A stretch of 63,172 nt of DNA, counting the filler, from Welwitschia mirabilis (taxonomy: Eukaryota): NCBI GenBank assembly GCA_051453625.1. It is 4 parts of one record of this genome, joined end to end, with 100 filler letters (N's around TTAATTAATTAA, not from the genome) between each part and the next. Parts side by side here need not be neighbours in the genome. Positions count along the whole stretch, not along the records: positions 23,911 to 50,825 come from JBOZIK010000001.1; 3 more parts are not named here. The stretch is one strand, 5' to 3'. Positions within the stretch are counted from its first letter, which is position 1. Every line of letters starts with the position of its first letter. The notes under the pieces are model-generated. The model saw nothing but the letters and a program-made list of their open reading frames with translations, was not told where the DNA came from and did not search any database. Shown here piece by piece: positions 25,407-36,299 of the stretch. The position numbers were made by a program, and so were the translations under genes.

Positions 25407-26790
25407 TGAATGCAGATAGAACAATCTGCCGTCGGTATTGTTTAAGAGTTAAGGTCATCGACAGTACGGACCGGTCGCTACAAAACCGCATTTGGATGTG
25501 TACTTATATATGTTAGCGTTTCCTTTTTAATACATCTTGCTAAAAACGGACTATAGAACTACTACCCATAAATCTCGCCCCTTTCGAAAATAAGATAGTT
25601 TGTTTCCCATCTTTTCTCAGGAATAAAGGTTGAAGCCATATCTTAAGACATCCTTTTCAAGTCCGGGTTAAAGTTTTATTAAACTTGGGAGTGTCATAGC
25701 ACATAGATTTTTATTAAATTAAATTATTAAACTATAATATTGTTAAGCTAGTTTTACAAGGGCATTTTATAGGCCATGAGAACAAGGGCATATTTAAACC
25801 GTGTGAGATACTTTACTAAAATTTGAGATTCTATTGTATTCAATTTTCCGATGTGTTTTCCTTCTGGTATGGTGCTTTCTCATAAATCTATTTGATTTTT
25901 TTAATTATTTTTAAATTAGCTTTTTAGAGAAGTTGATCATTATCATATCCATTATATAAGAATTGAGGCATTTTTATAGTGATAGTTTAGATAGCTGGGT
26001 CCACTAAACTTAATGGATTTTGTTATATGTGAAAATTTTTATTATGAGTGACCACCATTTTAGTGTTGGCTATCTCTCAATAATAAAATTTTCATTTTTT
26101 ATCCATTAATTTTTTAAAGTATTACTCACTACTTTTATTTTACCTTTCAAGTATTATGCTGCTATTACATTGCTTTGATGTTTACTTAGGAGGCGGCCAA
26201 GATATTCTAACCTTTTTTCATAAGAAAAACTTATCTTTCAAACTTTTTGGGAGATTTGAACTTAAAACTTTTATTAACCATACTCAAGACTATAGCCAAT
26301 ATGATATCCCAAACAAATAATTTAATTATGTATAAGGCCTTTTAGAAGTTTTTCATCCCAAATAGTGTATCTAAAGGTTTAAATTTATCTTTAGAACTTT
26401 TGATTGTTGTTGTAGGTTTTGAAAGTATCACATCTAAATGTGTTTTACAGTTAGGAACTATGGGAAATGATATTATCATATCTTGTAACCAAAGAGAAGT
26501 CCTTTAGAAAATGCCATATAAATAAAAAAAGTATCCATGACCCTAATGAAAGCTCATTTTATTCTTGTTTTGCAATTTAAGATATGATTTGACTACAGTT
26601 CCTTCTTACTTGAACTTTTTCCTTTTTTGGTTATTACCTATCAACTACTATTATTTTAAATGTTTTATTGAACTATCATTACGTTTCTTAATAACCACTA
26701 CAATTGCTAGGGCATCTATATTAAATACAAAGGTATTATATAGCTGAGAAATTACTATGGTATTTTTCTACTTACAATTGGATTGAAAAA

Positions 26791-27330
26791 TGTTGTTTCA
26801 AGTCTTTCTTAATCCTACTCTTTTGTGATAATACAGAAAGCACAATCTATAATCCATATTTATTAATATTAAGGATATAGATGGTGCAGAGTACAGTACT
26901 ATTATACATGTGAGTTAATGGTGAGTGTTGTTTCAAGGCTTCTTCAATCCTACTCTTTTGTAATTATGCAAAAAGCACAATCTACAATCGATATTTATTA
27001 ATATTAAGGTTGACAATGATGTAAAGTATAGTACTATTGTACATGTGAGTTAATGGCGAGTGTTATTTCAAGTCTTTCTCAATCCTACACTTTTTTAATA
27101 ATATGGAAACCGAAATCTACAATCCCTATTTATTAGTATCAAGGTTATCAATGGTGCAGAGTATAATATTGTTGTACATGTGAATTAATGGTGAATGTTG
27201 TTTCAAGTCTTTCTTAATCCTACTCTTTCGTGATAATATAGAAAGCACAATCTATAATCCATATGTATTAGTATTAAAGTTATTAATGGTGTAGAGTATA
27301 GTACTATTATACATGTACGTTCATGGCGAA
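26791..27330. repeat. Tandem array, 4 x 135 bp
   Basis: Units start at 26791, 26926, 27061 and 27196 (TGTTGTTTCAAGTCTTTCTTAATCCTACTC...) with exact period and substitutions only. Confidence 0.95.
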
Positions 27331-28379
27331 TGAATAGTCTAAATTATAGATTACTAAATTGGGATGTGTATTTAAAAGAGCTAGATTTTACTTTATTTTA
27401 TTGCCTATCAAATGCAAACCATACAACCTACCTTAAAGACTAATCATGTCTAATTTTTCATATTAGGTCTATCCTTCGTTCACTCCATTAACTTATTGGA
27501 ACTTTGTCATTCTAAATTCAAATATCCTATGGCTATGCTTAGGACTTGTTTCATCATGAGGTTCTAAACCTCTTTTCTGCTTCCCTAATTCTTAAGGAAT
27601 GTGCCTTACTAAGCTCAACTATTTATTTTGTAATGAACTAATATTTGTTGTAGAATTTTCATCATTGGTAAATGGACTTTAATCTAGGATTGAATTTGTC
27701 TTTTCTTGAATCATTAACACAATTGTGATTATTAGTCATGTAATAGCACCTTTCAAATGTTCTAATTTGATCTCTTTTTGAAATAAGATTAATGTTGTCT
27801 ATTATCTTTTTTAGAAATTAAAATTAGACTCATTGATTATCTTAAATTATTTTTTTAATTCAAAAATCTAGGTAAATGTCTTTTAGGCTTATGGAATGTA
27901 CATTTCCACTATGCAGTGAATCCTTAAGGTCTTATGGACATAATAAAAGGGTTCAATTTCAATTTAGCTAATTTTGATCTTATGATATAAATAGCATAAT
28001 TTACTTGGATCATTTCTCAAGAAATGTTTAATTTATTTTAAAATTTAACAAATAATTTAAATTATATGATTTATGTGTTATTCTATCATAAATTTTCCAC
28101 AATAAGGCTTTTTTTTAAAAAATTTTAATGAAAATTCTGATTGCTTTGCTTTCCATTGGCTACACAAGATACACAAAATATAATCTTTCACAAAATATAT
28201 TGTTGCTATTGTTTTCAATTTGACAACTTAAAGTTTTCCAATTGACAATGGTGATTTGTTTTAACTCTCCAATATTTATCCTTTAACTTATGGGTAAGAA
28301 AGCTTTTTAATACTTGAAGGTAAAAATCAAGGAAATTTCAGTCAAAGTTTCACGATATGTTTGGTAAGGTCACCGTTTT

Positions 28380-28839
28380 TTTTTTTTTTTTTCCCTTGCT
28401 CTCCAAGTTCACTTTTCAAAATGAATGGGAAAATTCGTTAAGAAATTCAGTATGTTCTAGCTTCTAAACCAAGTTGACGGCATATCTTAGGAGCATCATT
28501 TTGTAAGAAAATATTCTAAAGACACACATATGGGTCTGGTTTACCAGCAGACGGCATATCTGAGAAGCGTCGTGTTCCATTTCTTTTGAGCCTTTAGCCG
28601 CTCCTGACGCGAGGGGGTGTCCACAGAGACAAGTTGAGGGCCGTAGCCCCACCGAGTACCTAAGATACAGAATCACGTGCATGTCCAGATGTGTCTTTTC
28701 GCGGGTCGCACGGTCAATTTCTACAGACAGGGTTTTCAGGGTACGTCTAGGGCTGCCCTAAAGGTTTCAGTTCCCGCAGAAAGTCCCGATCCTCTCTGCC
28801 GGACTGCAAAGTGAAGTTGCAACACCAAGTCTGATCACA
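28380..28839 (+). promoter_or_regulatory. CpG-rich upstream/promoter region of the laccase pseudogene
   Basis: GC/CpG-rich stretch directly before ATG 28840, with G-box CACGTG (28674-28679) and TTGACG/CTGACG motifs. Confidence 0.45.
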
Positions 28840-30170
28840 ATGAGCTCCGCAGCGACAAGGCGTAGGCTTTCGCCGAGCCTTGTGCTTTGTTTATTTATAT
28901 GTTTGGCCTCCGCAGCCGTCCGAACTTATGACTGGGTTAGTATTTCAGTACTTTTCCTTTTTGCGTCGTTTGTTTTTAAAGATTCGCGTCATTTTCCGTC
29001 CGAACTTATGACTGGGTTAGTATTTCAGTACTTTTCCTTTTTGCGTCTTTTGTTTTTAAAGATTCGCGTCTTCAAATGACGCTAAGTTTTGCTCAGCTGC
29101 GACAAACGACCATAATGCAGCTCTGCGAAAGTCCAGACGTGGTGGCTGTGAATGTGTGACTGGCATGTTTTCCGGCCCGTCCATCCGAGTCCGCGACCTT
29201 GATCTTGTTGATGTTAACGTCCATAACACTGACAAATACCTTTTTGTACTGGTAATTCCGGGCATTTGCACTAGCGTCTGCGGAGATTTGGTCGCCGAGG
29301 GAATCTAAAGCCTGCGTTTTCTTTCGTTGTGCTTTTGCAGTGTCCGATTCAGCCAGGACAGTACTTCCCTTACAGATTCAGGATCGAAAACTAACAGGGA
29401 ACTCTCTTCATGGCACATTCACTGGGCCTTCTCTCTCATAACGACGGTGTACAAGTGAAATGCACACCACAAATTTGAATGTTTAGCGTCTTCGGAGTCA
29501 CTGTAACGGCGCATTCATCATCCTCCCCAGAAAACGCCCAGAACTATCCTACTCCACCATCTCCCACCTGGCTTCGACGAAAGCACAATCTCCCAACAAT
29601 CTGCGACCTTTTGTCTTTTTTCCCTGTGCTAACGGCAATCCCGACAATCGCCCATATCGTCAGTCGGTTAGTGACACCGAAACGATGGGGCCCTTTTACC
29701 GTGCACTGCACAGACTCCGCGCCGTTCTGAACGTTTCTATCATGCCCGACGGAGGGCTCAACGAAGGACTCTTCTTCATTGAGAATCCGGCCGTGATTCC
29801 CTGCAATAATCCCAACATGATCTGCTTGGGCCCGGATGACGAGCGAACAGAGGCCACACTGAGCAACATTCCGTTGATGGAGCCCACATCTTTTTTTTGG
29901 GTGGAAAGACTTTTTGACGGGAAACGAATTCACTAACGCGACATCGGCTGCGGTTCAATTCGACAGTTCAGTTGATTATCAGTCTGTCGGCATCTGCCAG
30001 CGAGAACCCTAATTTCCATCTGCACGGCCACGATTTTTTTGTCGTCGGCAGGGGCGTTGGCAACTACACTCCTGTGAATCATGGGAAAACCTTCAATCTG
30101 GTGAAACAACTACGAGACTGTGATTCGAAAACCTTCAATTTGGCTGATCACGTGAAACGGAATATCCAGT
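28840..30170 (+). pseudogene. Laccase pseudogene, tandem paralogue of the 23911-25406 gene
   Basis: Signal-peptide exon 28840-28935 (MSSAATRRRLSPSLVLCLFICLASAAVRTYDW|gttagt). Exon 2 at 29097-29251 (QLC..VVAVN/GMFSGPSIRV, frameshifted). Exon 3 from 29341 (CPIQPGQ..YRFRIEN*QGTLF, TAA at 29392). Then GAFIILPR, FYRALHRL..LFFIENP..GPDDER and ENPNFHLHGHDFFVVGRG. Multiple indels, a large internal deletion, and truncation before the L4 HCH motif. Confidence 0.92.
28916..29070 (+). repeat. 75-bp direct duplication (80-bp period) spanning the pseudogene exon-1 splice donor
   Basis: 28916-28990 and 28996-29070 differ at one base. Confidence 0.95.
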
Positions 30171-30319
30171 CTATGGAGCGTGTCAAATGGGAAATATATC
30201 CGCTATCTCAAGTATGTTAAATGTATATATAAAAGAAGGTAATTTCTTAGGTTTTGAGAAAGAAAACAAACAAGCTGCAATTTGTTAATAATCATATATT
30301 CGGACTAATATTCACATTA

Positions 30320-32310
30320 TCCATTAAAAGATAATAATACATCCTAACTTTCATTGATGATGCTCATACTAAAATAACCTTTGTGTATCGGTTGTATTAA
30401 AAAAAAGGTCACAAGCATTGCAAGCATTTTAGATTTATAGACTAATGATAAAAATGTTGAGCAAGATATAACTAAATGTAGGAGAACAATATATATCATA
30501 ATAATTTCAAGAAGAATTATAAAACGAAGAATTTAACACGAAGTTATTTTTCCATGTACATCTAAAAGAAATGAAATATAATAATAGAAAGTAAAAACTA
30601 AACCATCATGAAAATAGTGGGACACATTTTACATTGAACTAGTGTTCCGATGCAATTATAGATATAATTTGCAAGTATAATAATTCTAATAGGACATAGC
30701 AGGATGATTTCAAGAATAATTACAAATAGAAAGATTCAACATGACGTTATTCCTTTGTATACACCTAAAGGCAATGGAGTAGTATAAAGTAAAATCTGAA
30801 CCGTCACAAAACTAGTGCAACAAAGGGTGTACAGAACTAGTATTCCAAGGCAATTTTAGATAGAATTTGTAGGTATAATAATTCTAATACAAAATCATCT
30901 ACCTACTAGGAGTCTTAATATTCTAATCCTAGTTAATGTTTGGTCTAATACACAAAAATACATTAGATAGCTAAGAATCCTTCAATGCAAAGGCTATATA
31001 CATATCCCTTAGCAACAAAGAATTTCACTAGACAACAAAGCTAGAATAAAATCGCTACTCATATGAAATCTAAAAATTAAAATTGAGTATGAGATGCTCA
31101 AAAAGGTAAAATTATAGTCTTAAAAACACATAATGATTAATAAAGAAAATCTAAATTTTGAAAATAATACACTAAAACCACCTGCCTATTCTCATTTCAT
31201 AGAAAGATGATGAAATTAAAACTAAATCAGACTTTATAATATTACTAAAATAACAAGAGTTAAAAAAACAAGTTCGATCCAAGAATAGAACTAAGAGTAG
31301 ATTGAATAAAGATAAACAAAATGGACAAAACTAAACTTAAAGAAGCCAAACTTACTAACACATTTAATCAACATCACTCGCACCAATCTACATTGAATAA
31401 TTAAGCCCAGTAGAAAGGAGAGTGATTCAAGTAGAGGATGGAATTAGGAGGACAAGACATGGTATAGCATTTATTACATAAAAAGAAATAAAATAAGGAA
31501 ATGTAAAAGAATAAATAAAGAATCCAAAATGAAAAAAGAAATATAAGGAAAATATGATATGTTGATCAAGAATAGAAATACAAACTACTTGAAATAGATA
31601 AAAACCCATGAGAATTCAATGAGTATTCAAGATTAAATACAATCATAATGAAACTATAAAAAAGTACAAATTAATAGTTGTTAAAAGAAAAAAAAACCTA
31701 AAATGAAGATATTTATTTTACAAATACTTTTGATTTAACCAAAAAGATTAAGATATTAATAATCCAAAGTTTAGTGATATTAGCCCAAAAATGCAAATAA
31801 GACCTACTATGAATGGATGTTATGTCAAGTTTTCTTAAATGGAATCATAAATGAAGAGATAACTATCATGCAATATGAAGGATTTGCAGTAAAGAACAAG
31901 AATATAAAGTCTATAGACTCATAGAATTCTTTTATGATTAAAAAAAACTCACTAGGATCATGAAATTAACATATATCTACAAGAAATTGGCTTTAATATA
32001 TCAAATGAAAAACCAAATCTATATGTGAAATGATGCAAGGGAGATAACAAACTAGTTAGAATACTTCTTTATGCTAATGAAATTATTAATTTAAGAAGAG
32101 AAATAAATCAAATTAAAAGGATTAAGAGGGCCCTTCATCAAAGGTTTGAGATGTTGGGCTTAGGCTTGTTAAATTGGTTTACTAGATTCTAGATCTTGAA
32201 AAAGAAGAAACTTGAACTATGCAATAAGTAAAGTATGATATAAAAATAGCTTAAAAATTAGTATAATGCAACATAAGAAATATTTCACTAGCTTATCATG
32301 TAATATCAAA
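30320..32310 (+). mobile_element. Ty1/copia relic (integrase and RT) with an internal ~203-bp duplication
   Basis: YILTFIDDAHTK at ~30338; duplicated integrase block (30504 and 30707) containing YTPKGNGVV. RT remnants MDVMSSFL (~31814), KVYRL, LLYANEII (cf. LYVDDII) and FEMLGLGLLNWF (cf. FEMTDLG.L.YFLG). Confidence 0.85.
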
Positions 32311-32389
32311 ATATAAATGTTGTGAAATTAATTTAGTGAGGAACATAAAATATAAAAGATACATGTAGGAAACAAAGTATTGTAGGCAA

Positions 32390-35300
32390 TGATGTAACCA
32401 CTTTCTACTAATGATATAAAAGGTACAATTCTTACAAACTAAAATCACTTTCGACAGAGTTTCAATGAGCTCTCCTTAAGAGTGGCCTTTAAAACCCTCA
32501 CTTGGTTTTTACCACTTTGACTACTTTAATGCTTAGTAGCCTTCAAGATAGAATACAAGTGAGCCATGATCTTACACAAGTAACCTTCACCTCAAGTTTC
32601 TAATAAAGAGCTCCTCTCAAGCTCCCAACTCCAAGAACTCTTACTTCTTCCTTCTCAACTCTAACTTCCAAAGCTCTTCCAAATCATTCTCTTCATCTCA
32701 TGACATCTTCTTATTTATAAGTTTTCAAGGGGAACCCTGATAATGAAGGAATCCTCCACTATTCGTTTATTACACATTTTACCAAAAATAGCTTCTAAAC
32801 ATAACATGTTCCTTATCATTAGATTCCCTCTAAACTTAAGATATTCTTTGCACTTTTATTCTCTCTAAACATGACATATTTCTTAAACCTAGATTTCTTC
32901 TAAAGCATGCTAATTTAGACAACTACACATAGCATAAACATGGTAATTACACATGGTATCAACATGGAAATTGTGATAGTGGATTTTATTTTCCACAAAA
33001 GCACACTAAAACCTTAGAAAATGTAACCTTAAGAAAAACATATTATTTGTTTTTATTATCTAAGAATGCTATTTCATCATCCTCCTTAACTTGAAAGTAA
33101 ACTATTATAATAAAGGGATTCCTCATTTTTTGGACTTTTGCAACCTATTCCCAAGTAATTCTCCTCCAAAATCCAAATCACATCATTTAGGTAATCTCCT
33201 AACAACTAGATTAGGTACTCCTTGTATATATTCCTTTAATTTAAAAAAATTATTAGCTTCTTGTTCACCTTTTACTTTCATTTGTTTGACTCTTATAGCT
33301 TTACAATCTAAGACTGATCCTTGGAAGATTTTAGAGGGTAATTCACTAAATCAACAACATTGAATGTAGATGAAATACTCACATACTCTGAAATATACGA
33401 TTACTAAGCATTGATGAAATATTCTTCAGAATTATACATTAATCAATCTTCTAGAACTTGATTTTGTTATCTATTCTAAAGGAAAATCTTTCTATTTATA
33501 GGTATTCCATCACTATATCACCCTTCTCAAACTCCATGCATCTTTTATGCTTGTCTACTACATCCTTAGCTTTGGAACTTGATTCTTTCAAAGATTGCCA
33601 CACATACTCATGGAATTCTATAATTTTCTTTACATACCTCTCTTCCATATCATGCAACATCTGTGGCATCGTTGGATGAGATTTGTATACCACTCTAAAT
33701 GGAAACTTTTCTATACTTGTATTCAATAAATAATTATTAAAACATTATACATGTGGTAACTAATCTTATCCCTTGTTTTGCTTACCTTCATAAAGACATA
33801 GTAGTAAGTTTCTAGTTCTATAATTCATCGCTTTAGTCTGTCCATATTTTTGTGGATGATATTATAGAATATTTTAACTTGGTATCCATCATGTGCTATA
33901 AGATCCACCAAAAATTAGAAATAAAATTGACATTTGTATCTAAAATTATTATCTTTGTTAACCCATGGAGACACACAATCTCTTTGAATAATAATGTAGT
34001 AATGCATGAAGCATTGGTTATCTTGGTATAAAGAATAACATGTGCCATCTTACTAAATCTATCCACCACCATCATGATGGAATTGTGTTCACTCTAGAAA
34101 TGAGGTAATCCCAAGATGAAATCCATAGTAAGTTCTTATCATCAATTTTTCAAAACTAGTAATGATAGGTATAATCTTGCATTTTTCACTTCTTACTTTG
34201 ATATTCAACATGTAAAGTAACTCCATTCCATCCATTGCACATACCTATACATGTAAAAAAATGGTAAGACCTCTTTAACAATTTGTATGTTCTATCTAAT
34301 CCACAATGTCTAGCCATGTATTCATAATTATTTTCTTGCAAGATATTATCCCTTGCTAATCCTATGAGAATACATATCCTCATAGAGCAAGTTGTATTGA
34401 ATGTAAAAGTGCTTACAATCATAGCTTTCTAAAGGTTTCTTCACTTTCTTTCAGACCTCCTTGAAGTTTGGGTCATAATGATACAAGTCTAAAATATGTG
34501 GTAAATTAACATTGACTTTACAAAATCTTATCATGAATAATACTTAACTCTATTCATCTTCCTACTTTTTAACTTGATAACAAAGTTAATTTTTTGTATT
34601 TTCTTTATCCACTTCACTTTCCTTATACTTAACTTCTTTTAACTATCCATATATTACAACGTTTTATGATCTGTTTATCAAATAAATGTCTTATGTAGTA
34701 AATGGTTGTAAAATAGAATACAATTAATATTCATAGGTTGAGTACTTTTTCTTGGAATCATTCAACTTTTCAATAAAGAAGGTAATGAGTTTCCCTACTT
34801 AGGTAAGCACTCCTCTAATTGCTTTATAGCTTGCATCACACTCCACTTGAAAATTTTTACTAAAATCTAGAAGTTATAGTATGGGGCCTTCAATAATTCT
34901 CTTCTTCAATAGCTCAAATGCTTCATCCACCTTTTTGATCCACTTGAAGGCTTGATCCTTCTTGATGGTAGCTAACATTGATGTGTAAGTCTTGCTAAAA
35001 TTCTTAATGAACCTTCCATAAAAGCTTACTAATTCATGAAAACTACAAATATTGCTTACTAAATTTAGTGTAGGCCAATTCAAAATAGGCTTTATCTTAT
35101 TTGAATCCATCTTGATTCCATCTTTGGAGACAACTATCTTAAAGAAAACTAATTTTGGCTAAGTAAAGGTATACTTCTTTGCATTTACTATGAATTGTTA
35201 TTCTTTTAACCTGTAAAGAACTCTTTTTAAATGTTGTTTATGATTCTCAAGTATTTTATAAATACTAAAATATTGTTTAAAAATAATAACAAGATTTTTA

Positions 35301-35570
35301 AATAAAATGCTTAAATAACTTTCTCATCAATTTCACAAATGTACTTAAAGAATTTCTCAATTCAAATGGCATCACCAACCATTCATATAATTTATATGGG
35401 GTCATAAAGGCTATATTCCATTCATATCCTTCTCAAATACAAATATAATGATATTAACTCTTCAAATCTATCTTATCAAAAATAGATTTAACTATTTTAA
35501 AAAAAATCTAAAATATCAATCATGTAAGGCATAAGAAAGCGTTATCTTTTGGTTATCTTGTTGATGCCTC
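32390..35570 (-). mobile_element. CRM-clade chromovirus (Ty3/gypsy) relic: RT, RNase H, integrase, PPT and 3' LTR (32390-33079)
   Basis: Minus-strand remnants RGINKITK, EGYEWNIAFMTPYKLYEWLVMPF, SFHELVSFYGRFIKNFS, FQVECDAS, MDFILGLP, MVVDRFSKMAH and HPQKYGQTK. PPT AAGGAGGA precedes an LTR with TGATG...CATCA termini, a CRM hallmark. Confidence 0.85.
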
Positions 35571-35572
35571 TT

Positions 35573-36270
35573 TGTTAACATGTAAAAATTGATATTTATA
35601 TCAAGTGTTTTAGGCCAATTTATTGTAAATAAATACATTAATTTAATTATTTTAATCATAATATACATATTTTATTATTTCTAAAATAAAATTTAATTTT
35701 ATGTTTTTTCCATAATGATGTAGATATTTAGCCATGTCTTAGAACACATTGTAGAAGATGGATACAATTCTACATAAAATAACTATAGCAATGGAGAAAT
35801 GAAGGTGATGACATGTAGCAGTACCATTGGAAGACATTTAGTATAGGAATGTAAAGATAGCACTGGAGAAATATGACGATAGCACTGGTTGGTAGAGGAA
35901 TATAGCTCCAAAGGTTATATGTTAAACTCATCATGATGAAGATTCTACCTAGCGCTATATGACGATCTCCACTAAACTCTACAAGATAAATTTTACCAAA
36001 TGATAAATGATGAAGATTCTACCTCATGCTAAAGGATAAAATATTATCTACCAAACACTATAACAAAACCTTCACTAAATGCTATAAGACAAAATCTTAT
36101 CTATCTAATTCTAAATGATGAAGATTCTACCTAAGATATAAGCCAAAGGCTATTAACCACCTGAACCCTACCCTCACTTATAAAAGGGCATTAAACCACT
36201 TTTAATCATCCTTCATTTAGATGAAAGCATGAAACCTCTAAAGCATAAGGTATAAGGGCATTCTAAGTGT
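35573..36270 (+). mobile_element. LTR-like fragment truncating the CRM relic
   Basis: Starts TGTT exactly where CRM RT homology stops; GATGAAGATTCTACCT repeated at 35935, 36009 and 36117 upstream of TATAAAAGGG (~36179). Confidence 0.45.
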
Positions 36271-36299
36271 TTCCTTGGGATGTGAGCTTATGTCAAGGA

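Noticed and set aside
24021..25491. Several antisense and alternative-frame ORFs over the laccase
   Set aside because: Expected shadows of a GC-rich coding region; no recognisable protein motifs.
26330..26790. Minus-strand IWHFLKD resembling a Harbinger Myb/NAM-associated motif
   Set aside because: Single short motif with no supporting transposase motifs or TIRs.
26791..27330. Regular repeat array considered as CRISPR-like
   Set aside because: Whole units are homologous with no unique spacers, and the context is eukaryotic.
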